Source: Sarea resinae (lineage: Eukaryota). Taken from it: a DNA stretch of 63,723 nt. The translations under genes were made by a program, and so were the position numbers. Location of the stretch: positions 62,001-125,723 of the forward strand of contig JAPEUD010000070.1 in assembly GCA_026026165.1 (NCBI GenBank), written 5' to 3'. Below the pieces are notes generated by a model, which was given only the letters and a program-made list of their open reading frames with translations, was not told the DNA's origin and made no database searches. Below, one piece after another: positions 12,074 to 25,478 of the stretch. The stretch's first letter is position 1. Every line of letters begins with the position of its first letter.

Positions 12074-14981
12074 TTTCAGGGTATTCAGAGATTGGTCGGA
12101 GAGAGGTTTTGTGATTGGAATTGAGAGAGATGAGAGATCACGGAAGAAGGGAGATGAGAAGTTCGGAGTGGAAGAGAAAATGGCTTCGAGGTAAACACGC
12201 ATGGCTCTAGTTCGAATTTCCACGATCAGAAGGAACGAAGAGGACGCAAGCCAGACATAAAAACACGCGAGCCAACTACTTGCCCAGCTCTATCGCTCCT
12301 TTCTCTGCAACACTTTGTTGTGTTAGCAAGGCTGCACCTCGAAACTGCTCTTGATTATTGGATTAGATGCACGAGGCCGATCGATGGCCGAATGACTTCG
12401 TTGAGGTAATGTAGCGGGTGATCTAGAAATGGAAGTTCTAGTATATCCTTGTGAGACCTCTCTCACGACACTACCTCCCACCTGGAGTCGGCCCTCTTCA
12501 ATGAGGTGTCGTTAGAATCTAATATGTATCCGAACAGGAGACTGCTTGTCAAGGGAGTGCTTCCTTTCGGTTCAGATAGTTAGACAGGTATTCAGTTGCG
12601 CGCCAGCTGTTGCCCTTGTATCTTATACAATTATAGGAAGCATAAATAATGCAGCGTCGGGAGAGGATAGGAGATCGGGAAATGGAAAGACGAGAAAGCA
12701 AAGGCTACACAATTCCTCGTGGTCCAATTCACACTGATGGTGAATATGAGATCCGCATTCACAGCCAATACCGCCGACCTCTTGACAAATGACAGCCGTA
12801 TACCAGCGCGAGTAGAAGCCATTCACCTTGAAAGTCACCTTGAAACATACGACCTAGCTATGTGGAGAAGCGAAAGAGGAAAGCACGACACTAGAAATTC
12901 TATCCAGTGACTGTGGACGTGTCTACAGGGTCGAAATACCTCAGTCCTGATAGGACTTATAAGTAGAACGGCAACGGTAACGGCGGCGGCTCCATGGTTT
13001 GAGCCATCTTTACCTTACTCGGCCAAGACTGACCCGCGCAGTGGTATTACAATTACCTGAGAGAGGTAGGGTTCCTGGATTCCCATCATTGATGCCTCTT
13101 GAGCATACTTACGGGAGGAGCTACCTACCTAGCTACCCCACTGGGGGACAGCAGTGTCATCATCCATGATACCAGCTGGAGGGTAAGTGCGATAAATACT
13201 ACTGCCGGTAACGTCCTACCTACCTACCTAGGTAGTCTAAGAGGTAGGTACCTGATCTTTCATGAGTCTCTGGCATCCCTTGTTCTTCCTACCAACCACT
13301 AGCTTTTACGCGTCCCACCGGCTACGGCCATATCATCACAACAACATCTTTCCCCTCTATAACCCCCCATCCACAGAGATGCTTCAATCCACTTTCGAGA
13401 CCAAATTATCACTTCTTCTTTCAATCAAATCAGAGTATTGTACGACCAGATCGCCCGCTCTGGGCCGCTGATTCGAGATTTCAACCTCATGTTTTGCAGC
13501 AGCAGCAGGGCTGCCGATGGTCTAAAGTATTCCTTGGGCTGGACCATTCTCATCCCAACCTTTCTAAACTTCGTTGGTCTGGAGGTCACTTCAACGGTCA
13601 AGAACCTCGGACCTTTGGGGCTATCGCCTGCCCCGTCATGCAGCTTACGCGTTTCCCCTTCCGCACAACAATTTCTACGCTGCATGGCTGATACCGCCCA
13701 GTGTATCAAGACGGAATACTTTTGCGAGTGCCCCGATGCATCTCGCAGCATCGGGAACATGCTACCGTATTAGTGGCTTTGCTCCATCATGACTGGCAGA
13801 AGGCAAGAACAGGAGGAAACGAAAGGTCTCTCCCTTTGTGCGTCTCTTTTGGCCTGTCGGTGTGCTTAGGATGTGGTTCGCTCCAACAACCACGCATGGG
13901 CGCTTGTCTAGAAGTCTGCCTATTTGCAATTTGACTCAATGTCTATTGCTTTATATCATGAGTGGGTTGGGGCTTGCAAGATGCGCTTTTGGGCTGGTTA
14001 GGCCTGAGATGGCTTTCTCATCGGTGATTGTCGTGTATGCACTCTGGAGACCGATGGCCAATGTTCGACTAAGAAAGGCGAGAGAGGAGTAAAGATGCTA
14101 TCGTCAACAATTTCGTCAACAAAACATTCAAATACAAGTTTCAACCTGGATAGTGGAAGCGGCTCTGATGAGTACTCCTGAAGGCCGCAAAGGACTGCTT
14201 CGTTCCTTCAACGGCACGTGCCTTGCCTGGAGCTCACGCAGATCAGCCAATTCGATATCAGCGGGTGTCGGGAGTCTAGCGAATAAAGCAGCTTAGGAAG
14301 CTTGCCAAATCAAGACATGTCTGCTCTCGTGTTGTCCTGTGCAAGCTCTAGAAGAACAGCACGCAAACATCGAAGGAGCTTTGACTCCCAAGGGCAAGGG
14401 CAGGCTGCGATTTAGCCGGTCAGACCGTGATCACCAAGAGAGCTTGGCGAAGGGGACGTTCAACAGAGGCTTATACTGGAGACAGAATGTCGATTTCGAG
14501 GTGAATGAGAGCAGAATCCGACTAGAACCGCCGTCAATCGCAGAAGATAGGTACATCCTCGAATATACAGAGAGGATAGGGCTTCCCTATATTAGCATCA
14601 CAGTTGACGTTACAGCATTTGTAGAGGGTAACTAGTATTGTGAGCACTGCCTCTCATATCACAAGCCAAAGAACAGATGGAAAAGAGATTACAACAGTTA
14701 CATCCAGTCTATTCTTTAGAGTAGGGCTGTTAATAGGTCAGAGGACTTCCTAGGACTAGACTATTTCAACACCCTGCTCTAGGATGTGGGACCGTTTAGA
14801 CTATCTAACAGCCCTGCTTGCAATTCAGTCATCTAAGACTAGACGCAATCACAGCTGTCAACAGTAGTCACTAAGCAATGCGCACCGCGTGGGAAACACA
14901 GAGACAAAGCATCTTAGAGCTATCACATCTCCTGGCTTGGCACAAGCACGGGGATTGTGCCATTACAAACAACGCTCCTCC

Positions 14982-15430
14982 ATGACTACAAATCTCATTA
15001 TGTCGGCTATCGAGGATATAAAATCATTGGGACCGGCCGGCATCGTCGCCTAGCTCAGGGCCCTTACCGCGGTAGATGCATTCGTGTATTTGTGCGTTGG
15101 GCGAAAGCCTATCGCCTTTACGCTACGCGTGGCGGCATTCCTCGTAAGCCTTTTTCTTTAGCAGGATAGAAAGGTGGGTAGGATATGATACAAGCTTCCA
15201 TGTGTGAATTTATGGCTCGACGTAGTGCTGGCCGTCCTGGCCTACGGCTGGAGAGAAGCCAACGCCTCGTCCGCGCTCGGGGGGCTCCTTTGGGCGCCAA
15301 ATGCTCTTGCCACAGTTTTTGGGAGAAGGGACGGGCAAGGCCGCCAAAGGTTGACTTGACCAAAGCGGGGGTCGTCCTCGGACAGCCGAAAGAAGAAGTA
15401 AGTGCATATTTTCTTTACTGTATTCATATC
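14982..15430 (+). pseudogene. Orphan membrane-protein paralog, copy B, pseudogenised
   Basis: MTTNLIMSAIEDIKSLGPAGIVA*LRALTAVDAFVYLCVGRKPIAFTLRVAAFL aligns with copy A exon 1. TAG at 15051 sits where copy A has Trp; acceptor changed tatag>tatgg; frameshift after LLWAP. Confidence 0.6.
15144..15298 (+). repeat. Right arm of the 155-bp inverted repeat (partner 11739..11893)
   Basis: Reverse complement of the left arm; also visible in the ORF track as two near-identical MIQ..ARRSAGRPGLRLERSQRL peptides on opposite strands. Confidence 0.92.
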
Positions 15431-16181
15431 CTACCCTTGTTGTTGTTTCTTAAGTCTTAAATCCCGTGCTTTGTTTCCCCTATGCTGTTTAAGAAAGGTT
15501 GCTCTACTGTGCTCTCTTTTAAGGGCTGTTTTACGTTGTCTAGATAAACACTAAACGTATCGCTTCTATTAAAAGACACTACTAATCATCTCTAGTAATT
15601 TGTGGGTGACCAGAGGATGTTTGGGTTGGATGGGTGGTTTGGGCGGGGGCGTTCCGGCTAGAGTGTTGTTTTGTTTTTTGTTTTGTTTTTGTTTTTTCTG
15701 TCTTTCCTTATTTCATTATCCACAGTCTTTACCTATAAAGACAGTCTTTATGTGAGGTGCGCTGCGCTATATGGTCGGCAAATAGGCATCGCCCGGACGA
15801 GCCGGGTTCTAGTAGTCTTTTTAGATGGCGCACGTAGGAACAGGTTTGCCTAGCTATTTACTGGTCCTTACACTCTACCGTTCCACTTCTATAGGTAGTC
15901 TCTCTCCTAGAGGAAACTACTCCCTCTAGGGTTCTCTCTATATTTTTTTAGGAGGGGTGGGGGGGGGGGGGACGTGATCTTATCTTATCTTTCTATCTTC
16001 CAAGAAAGTATTCCTCTCACCGCCGCCCCGACACCTCTTGACAAACGACAGCAAGTATGACGTATACCCGCGCGCGAGCAAAACCCATTTCAACCGTCTA
16101 GGTAAGTCAAAGCTATAGTATTATACATCCGCCCTGGCTATGCGGACAAGCGAGAGAAAACAACACGATGAGAGCCATCGC

Positions 16182-16182
<1 letters not shown>

Positions 16183-16218
<36 letters not shown>
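16183..16218. repeat. (GCGGAGA)5 tandem repeat
   Basis: Five direct units read in the sequence. Confidence 0.9.
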
Positions 16219-16373
16219 AGTAAAGGGCGGCACCACGACACGCTAGCGGATCCACATTGCGTTTTGCCCCCGGTATCGGCGTTCATCAGAACCCCGTAAG
16301 GAGCGTCTGTCTCTGTGATGTCGATAGAAGTCGAAACGGCTGGGTGGAATTGCGGCTTGGTTAAAGTCGAGAG

Positions 16374-16745
16374 CAGTGCTGCCAACAGTCCATCGGTCCA
16401 TCGATCCAAACAGTCCAAACGGTCCATCGATCCAAACTGTCCATCGGTCCAGTCCATGCAGTCCATCGGTCTAGTGCAGAGGTTGTGGGTGGACCGTTTG
16501 GACTGCATGGACCGATGAGATTTTAGCAAAAAAGGGGTAGAAAGGGTGGGGGAGAGGGGGGGAGCAACCTAATACCCCTGATTCTAGAATACATTCTGCC
16601 GCAAGAGATGCCTAATTAGGCGGTACCTTCCCAGTACATACCTACACCGCCCTGCTTACCTAAGCGGGTCGGTCCAAATCGGTCCAACACCGCTCGGTCC
16701 AGTCCAGACCCTTGGACCGGACCATTTGGACCGTTGGCAGCACTG
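16374..16745. mobile_element. Non-autonomous hAT-type MITE, 372 bp
   Basis: TIRs CAGTGCTGCCAACAGTCCA / TGGACCGTTGGCAGCACTG (18/19 match). Perfect 8-bp TSD GTCGAGAG at 16366-16373 and 16746-16753. Many subterminal CGGTCCA/TGGACCG repeats; no transposase. Confidence 0.93.
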
Positions 16746-17074
16746 GTCGAGAGTTGATGGTCATGCTGCCGATGCTACAAGAATCAAGTTCGCCTGGCGT
16801 TGTTGCTAAGTACGATCAGGCAAGGCAGGTACTCATGGCTGGCGATCTAACAATTGGCATTTCGCAACGCTAATCGCAAGGAGAGGCTACTAACAACATC
16901 CTTAAGGTACTCCGCCGCCAGCGCACATCAGACAAAGCAGACATTGAAAACTCAGGCCGTGCTGTTGGAGGTATCCATCCTTGACGTTTTGATCATCTCG
17001 CAAAGCTGTCCAGACTCCTCCGAGTAGGTACGCCAATTGAAATAGCCGAGCGGAATGCATCCCCAAAATTCCGA

Positions 17075-19050
17075 TCAACACTTCTTCCGAAGAGTCCAGG
17101 CTTGATTTGCCATGGCCTGCTTCTTCAGCGTCCCCATCTGGAAGAGCGGCCATCCCCCTTCTCCATTGACCTCGGCCAGTATCTTCGCGATATTGGCGCG
17201 ATACTGTTGTGCAATGGCCATCAATCTACCTCGAATCCATCGTCTCTGGTCTCCCGGCGTCGTCATCGCAGACCTGGCAACAACGAGTGGAGAGATGAGA
17301 AAGGTCCCCCCCAATGCTTTTGCACCGAGTATACCATCTGGGATTGAGGGACGGAACTTTTGCGATTCGTACAACTCGCGAGAAGCTTTGGTGTCGGTGG
17401 TGTATCCAATATGGTATGGTATGCTGGCGCAAACTTCGTCCACCATTTCTTGTAACCTCTCCTTCGCTTGGCCATAAGCTGGTATCAAGAGCACTTCTGG
17501 GTGCTTGTTTTCGAAATCGGGGTCGAGCACAGAGCCTCCGAGTGATAGACTGATGACACGAATGATGATGGACAACGTGAACATCCGTGCGACTCGGTAG
17601 GAGTTCCAGACAGAGGCAGTCCAGATATCGGTGTATGTGTCAACATTTTTGGGGTACTCTTCGAGAATTTCGTTGTCGGAATCTCCTGGCGTGGGCTTCA
17701 CTCTTGTATGTCGAGTGCGCTTCCATGTGGTAGGAAGGGTACTCGGCCAAAGTGCAAGGGCTGCATCAAGCTCCAACGCGCGGTCTATTAGCCCTTTGAT
17801 AGAATTGACGAAAGACTCATTCCTGGGCTGCTGAAGTAATTGCATAGCTAGGACTTGGAGATCGGGTATCTGGAGATATAGGTCCGTAAGCCGGCGAGCC
17901 GGACTAGACCTCTCGGGCAGCGGAAGATCAGCCGAAGACGGTAATGCAGATTCTTTGCCGTGGAAGAGTTCCGATATATTTCTGGAACCATGTATCCCGT
18001 GAAAAATCTGTTCCAATAAGTAAGATTGATCCAAACATGTGGAACGAGACGTACGAACCATCTGCTTCTGTACTGTATATAACATCCGCAAGCACATCTC
18101 GTCTCGTAATACCCCTTTACCACGAGACTTCAGCAATAGTATTGCTGCATCAGTGTGATTCTCCCACTGCGGCAGCGAATCAGGAGTCGCCGTGACACTC
18201 TAGCAAGCCGCATCCGTCAATTCTCGATTCTTAAAGATGTTCGTACGAATTCGGAACTGGGACTGGAACGTTGTGCTTAGCATTGGGGTTCGTTACCTCA
18301 ATCAGCCCAAACATAAGAATGGTCATCAGAGTGTCATTATTCTTGGAAACGACAGGATCTTGTAAAGCCTCTCGAGTACGCTTCAGTGCCTGGCCATACT
18401 TGAGGCGTGAACGTGTGATGAGATCCGGCCTAGATGAGTTGTTACCAAATACGGCCAAAGATACAGCCAGTGTGGCTGCGGTTAGGGGCGACTCCGGCCC
18501 GGCGCGCGTATAAAGCGACGGGAGGAATTGAAGATGGCCCCTGGGCGCATCTGCGTGTCCCGAGAGCAGTATGTACTGTCGAAAGAAAAAGTTGACAGCT
18601 AGATCTTCGGGAACTTGTGTCATGGCGAACTGTACGTCGTACTGTATATCCCCCACAGCTGGTACGCTATCCACTACAGCCAATGTACCAGGGATTGGTG
18701 CTAGATCATGAGGGGAATTGCTCGTCGAATTTGTAGAGCTCGTATCAGCGGCAGACGTTGATGAAGGCGGACTGCGTCGTGCACGCATCACCGTTGCTCG
18801 CGTCTCATTCCGGAAGAGCATATCCGTTTCGTTCCTGTAACCCAAGCACTCTCGTCTCGATTTGATACATCGCGCGCAGACAGGTCGAGATTCGTCGCAC
18901 TGCACTCAATGGAGAAATATCAGCGAGTCCCAAGACTCTGACCCATTTGAGGTGGTCATTAGATGCGAGAGGTGCCGCGCCAAGGGGTACCTTGATTCGT
19001 CTCTTCCGACACGTCTCGCAGCCTTTACTGAATCCGCCATGGAACCCCAT
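17075..19050 (-). CDS. Zn(II)2Cys6 transcription factor; join(19050..18991,18901..18297,18199..17075)
   Basis: GCETCRKRRIK|CDESRPVCARCIKSRRECLGY zinc cluster split by an intron; in-frame splice junctions; fungal TF middle region. Confidence 0.9.
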
Positions 19051-19539
19051 CGTTGACTGACACCAACATACGAAGCTCGCTTTTCGCACTTTCGATGCTG
19101 GATGGTATCATGTATGAAGCAATGCGAGGTAAAGTGGCGAGTGGGCGTTCTTCTCCAGTCGGCGGGGGCACGCTTGATCTCTAGGAGGACTCATTTCTCC
19201 ATAGATGACGCTTTGCGTGGGGCTACAACGGCGTCCTCATGGCAAGGCATATCTGCGGATCCTCCACATCCAAGTCCGTTCACGTCTTGATCTGACGTGG
19301 AGATGAGATGGTGAGGCTGAGCTCTCCGTCAGCTCGCTCGCTACTACTGTGCAGTAGGTACCGTCATCATCGGGCCGTATTGGGAAAGGCCGATGTCGAG
19401 ATGGGTGTCAGCACGAACTGAGGAGGCCATGCCGCACTGGCCAAAGGAAACGCTCCGGCGCCAAACAAAGCGATCCATTGTGATCAGGGGGAAGCTTCAA
19501 GGTTTGCGGCTTTCCAACAGCGCTGATATAGTAGTTGGG

Positions 19540-19770
19540 GCCATGTTCGAGGGATTAGGGGAAGTGTTTGCAGTGCCGGCCGTCTACGAGTACGCATTCA
19601 ATAAAGCGCCGACGAATATGAGGAGCATGGTCCAGGCCGTCTACGTGCTCTGCGCGGCGGTCGGGGATTTGATCGCGCTGGCACTGAATCCGACGTACAA
19701 GGATCCGGATCTGCTGTATATGTATGACCATCGCAGTGGCTATGATGGCAGCGATGTATCGGCTTCCGCC
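19540..19770 (+). pseudogene. C-terminal fragment of a POT/PTR2 peptide transporter
   Basis: GLGEVFAVPAVYEYAFNKAPTNMRSMVQAVY..ALNPTYKDPDLLYMY matches the PTR2 TM10-11 pattern (EYAY.KAP..MKS). It continues in a shifted frame as TIAVAMMAA; no N-terminal part seen. Confidence 0.75.
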
Positions 19771-20679
19771 AGCAGAACCAGAGGGATGAGGACGAGAAGA
19801 CGAAGATGAAGATGCAGATGCAGACGTCAAGTTCGTCTGGTGACCAGGCTATTAGAGTTGGTGAACACCTTCGACCTCCCATTCCAGGCTGATGAGGTCG
19901 TGCCAAGATATCAGGTCTCTCAGTGATGCCGTCGGGTGAGATACTCTACAGCTGCAGGCTTCGGGCAAGGTGGGCAGTACACAGTACTCGGTACAGAGCA
20001 GAGGTCTTCCGCGAGTACTGGTACTCGATACCTACCCACTCGTAGTACACTCGATCCAGCTAGTCCTTGGTGCAATTTACCTACTCCGGAGTATGCCACC
20101 CTCGCACCTTCGGTTAGCGGGAGCACGTCTGGTCGATCGAGTCATGGACCGAGTCATACGAGTACGAGTACATACCTTACCACATACCTACGGTACCTTA
20201 CCTTAGATCTCAGTGCCGGTGCCTGATGCCACAACCGAAATCAACCTTCATACTATGTATGTACAGTAAGGTAGTCCTCCGTACGGAGTACTCCGTAAAT
20301 GACGGATCAACTACTCCGGAGTACTTCGTAGTGGCCGTCATTACAGATCAGGGCCCAGAACGTTCCGCCACCCCTCCAGCTCCCACTGCCGCCCACCGCG
20401 GTCCATCGCTGTCCACCGCGGTCAGTCCTCGTCGATGGGCATTGTCCCGGCTAGCGGTGCCGACACCGCTGGAAGTTGCATGACTTTGAGAGGGGTCGGA
20501 CTCTTATCGATAAATCGATTCGATGACGAACGAAGAACATGACTGAAGCATGTCGAACCCCCCGCCAGACTTTGCTGACCAAACCTCGCGCGGCTGCGCC
20601 AGATTACTGAACAGTGGCTCCTCGGGAACCACCCTCGAGTGAGGTATATAGAAGCTTTGAATCTGCCAGACACTGGTGA

Positions 20680-21960
<1,281 letters not shown>

Positions 21961-22706
21961 ACAAAAGTTGGGATATTAGCGGGCATCGATCGTTTCTAGA
22001 TTGCAATCTTGCGCCATTTGAAATTCTTTGACGGCGATAAATCATCTTAGATATATAGAAGGAATAGAGCAAATGGAACCATTCAGCATCTGTACCTCAT
22101 TCTATCATAATAACCTCGAAGTAGAGGAGGCTAGTCTTGTCTTAATTGCTCCCGGTATTAAAGAGGTCATGGAGGTCAACGAGGTTGACGTGGTGGCCAC
22201 GCTTCCAGGCTGTCTCGACTCTTGCTCATCGATCTTGTTCGGGCCGATGAGTCGGCGATCTTCAAGATTAGATAAGGCTTGGAAACTCGTTTCGGCCTGC
22301 TCCGTCGTCCACACAACTCCACGACAGCCGATCTCCCATGTTACTGCCCTGCGCTGTACTCCACAAGAAGAAGCTACTCCGGGGTACTCCGTTACTAAGC
22401 TTCGGGGTCCAACATTACAATGCATAAGCAGTGAATGACGATAGGGCATCATCATTCTTCCACCACCAACCTTGCAGCGTCAGGATTCAGTTGCCCGCCA
22501 GTCAAGACCAGTAGCCAAAACGTTGGGCTGTTGCCTGCCAAGGACGCATCTCGTCATGACGACGACTCAATTCGCTTCTGTCGACTACGCTAAAAAGCTG
22601 CTGGCAGCCCGCGGCATTCATCTTCTCGCTCTTGCTTATCTTTGGGTATGACTACGGAGTATGGCGTACGGTTTTGAATAGTCCCATATGCTCTTGCTTC
22701 GTGAGC

Positions 22707-24545
22707 ATGTCTTCTGCTGCAGTTACCTCCGACTCCTCTATTGCAACAGCTCCAGATCAAAATGCCGAATCCACGCCTCTGCTGCGTAAATCGAGCGTTG
22801 CTTTGACAAGAGAACCTCAAAAGGCGCCTGGCCGGATCCGCGTCTTCATTGTGACCTGCCTTCTTATCTCTGCGATCGATTTTGGCGGCTACCTTGCGTA
22901 TGCGCCTCAGACCGAGATCTTTCAAGACATAATATGTCGGCGATATTATAGCCGCACGAATAGGGTTCCTTTTGGCAATGTTATCATCGACGAGAGCGAA
23001 TGCAAGCTTGACGCCATCCAGGGTGAACTAGCCCTCGTCAATGGATGGCTGGATACGTTCATTACGCTTCCAAGTCAGTCAAAACTGCTCCCAGAGTACC
23101 CCAGAGTTCGGCCGATAGATGATCGTGGACGCTCCACAGGCATCCTACTAGCCATCCCTTACGGAGTCCTTGCGGATCGTATCGGTCGCAAGCCGGTCCT
23201 GATCTTGGCCATCGTGGGCTATATAGTGACTGGTGTGCTCATTCGGGTGATTTGTAAGCTCATCTTGAGGCTGATATGATGACCGGTCTCTGAAGATAGA
23301 CAGGCTGGTGGCCAAATGTGTTCCCGCTTCGTCTGGTCTGGCTTACTCCTGTCACTCAGATCATGGGAGGCGGAGTTCCGGTAGCTTCATCAATGGTCTA
23401 TGTGATCTTGGCCGACGTAATATCGCAACATGAACGGTAGAATCTTCTCCGTATAGGGCGCGAAGCTATTCGTCCGACGCTGATTTTGGGACCAGAACCA
23501 ACAGGTTTCTTCAGATTCAAGCTGCTTCCTTGCTAACCGCAATTACAGCCACACCCATCAGCGCTGCTTTGATGACGAAGAACACGTGGATCCCTTACCT
23601 GTTAGCTTCGGTCATAACGATCCTAGGGACTCTGTTGGCTTTTGGCTTGCCGGAGACGCTCGAGCTCGCGGTCAAAAGCTCCCGAGCATCCCTCCTCGAA
23701 CTTGCTGACGATGAAAATGAAGCCGAAGATAACGTTCCTGTCAAGGGTGACATCAAGAGCCGAGTAAGGGAAGGTCTCCGAGAATTTGCCGCTTCAACAC
23801 ATTTCATCTGGACGAATCCAAGTGTCATGTTGGTGCTGTTCACGTTCCTTGTAGCTGTTTTCGAAAAACAGTCTATACTATTACTACTGCAATATGTTTC
23901 CAAAAGATTTGGCTGGTCAATCGCTCGAGTAAGCTTGGTGGGACCACGAAACCAAGAGAGCTCCATTAATCCTTTTGATAGGCAAGTATCCTTATCTCTG
24001 TCCAGGGGGTCGTCAAACTGGCTCTCCTTCTGATCATCTTGCCACTGCTGAGCATTTTACTCGTTGATCGATTGGGAATGAGGTCCGCAAAGAAGGACCT
24101 CCGATTGTCGCAAGGCAGCGCGTTTCTTCTGATGGTTGGCTCCTTGATCATCGGAATTGCAGCTGCCATACCGTCTCTCGTCTCTGGACTCGTGTTTCTC
24201 GCGCTTGGCTCTGCTTTGACACCCATAGCACGGAGTTTAGCCACTTCGCTCGTGCTACCTGTCCACGTCGGTACGCTCTATGCCGCTACCGGGCTGGCTC
24301 GGTCGGTCGGGACGCTCATAGCGGGACCCATCCTTGCCAACACTTTCCGGTGGGGGATGTCACTGGGGCATGCATGGCTTGGGCTTCCGTATATCGCAGC
24401 AGCGATACTCTATCTGTTTGCCTTTGTTGCAGTGTCGTGTGTACGATTGTCCCGCGACTCGAGTTCAGAAAGGCAAGCAGAGGAGCACAACGACAGTGGT
24501 GAGGATGTTCGTGTGTCTGAGTGCCCTGAACCAACAGGTCCTTAG
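22707..24545 (+). CDS. MFS transporter (multi-exon)
   Basis: MFS motif A YGVLADRIGRKPVL, multiple TM helices, GT..AG introns linking ORFs 22632, 23530 and 24039. Confidence 0.85.
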
Positions 24546-25478
24546 AGTTCGTTTCGATGTTATGTTCTACTGATTCTCCGCCGTGTCACGGCCTAAGAGG
24601 CAGATATGCTAGCATAGCTATTTTCTCTTTGGGTATCTCAATTATCATCATGGAATACCAGATAGGTGAAGAAGAGCTTCCACTGAGGGCATGGCCATAA
24701 TTTGCATTTCTAATCAGAATTTTGTAGCTACAAGATACGTTACAAATGGTGATACCCAATGCACATCTTCGGGATTTTGAAGGATCGATGATCTGAACCC
24801 AAAGACGAGCGTTCCTCAAAGTAAATCTGGCGGTCGGCTTCACAACAGGAAAAGTATTCGACCAGATACGAATATAATTGCGTGACTTCGACATTTACAG
24901 CCCATGCCTACTGCCTCCGGTATAGACTTTATCTGATCGTTGCCTTCTGATTCAAGCCGGCATGGCTGCTTGGTGAGAGGAATTAAAAAGGCAACTTTCG
25001 CTTGGAGCTCTAATCTTATCTGCTATTTCCGTCAGCATGCCTAAGCTTGGAGTCGTTTAGTGTCGATTTTCTGTTTGTTACACTCACCAAGCAGCTATCG
25101 TGCCGGCTTCAATGTTAGGAGATACTGAAAAAGAGCGGAATTATCTGTAATTTTTAAAGCATATAGTAAGAACCATTTATTTTCTAATGTTTCTCAACAC
25201 TGCTTCTTAGCAAGCGCTAGAATAAAATACCGCTAAAGGGACATTACCTCTCCAAATTGGTAGTTGTCAACTAAAATCTTACAGCGTCAGATAAGTTATT
25301 TAGGCTGTTTACCGCAACAACAACACTACGCGTAACATCTTATGTCTGACCAGGCAGTCCATAAAGTTCTTATGCGATCCTGATGCATTGGCTTTCGGCC
25401 CCCTCCCTTGATAGACTGTTGAATCTTGGACGGTTCAAGCTCTCGTCCACATCGTCAAACCCGTCGAGTTGATCGACC

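Noticed and set aside
12195..12230. GTTCGAAT as a tRNA T-loop
   Set aside because: No cloverleaf stems or A-box found around it.
12546..14635. Short ORFs between the orphan paralogs
   Set aside because: No recognisable domains or consistent splice structure.
11739..15298. Inverted repeats read as TIRs of a 3.5-kb DNA transposon
   Set aside because: No TSD or transposase seen, and homology continues both inside and outside the arms as diverged coding sequence, which fits inverted paralogs better.
16380..16520. Short repeats resembling a CRISPR array
   Set aside because: Eukaryotic DNA, no constant repeat-spacer period; these are MITE subterminal motifs.
24929..24937. SreA-type ATCWGATAA motif (another at ~31715)
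   Set aside because: About one match is expected by chance in 64 kb, and no iron-uptake genes are adjacent.
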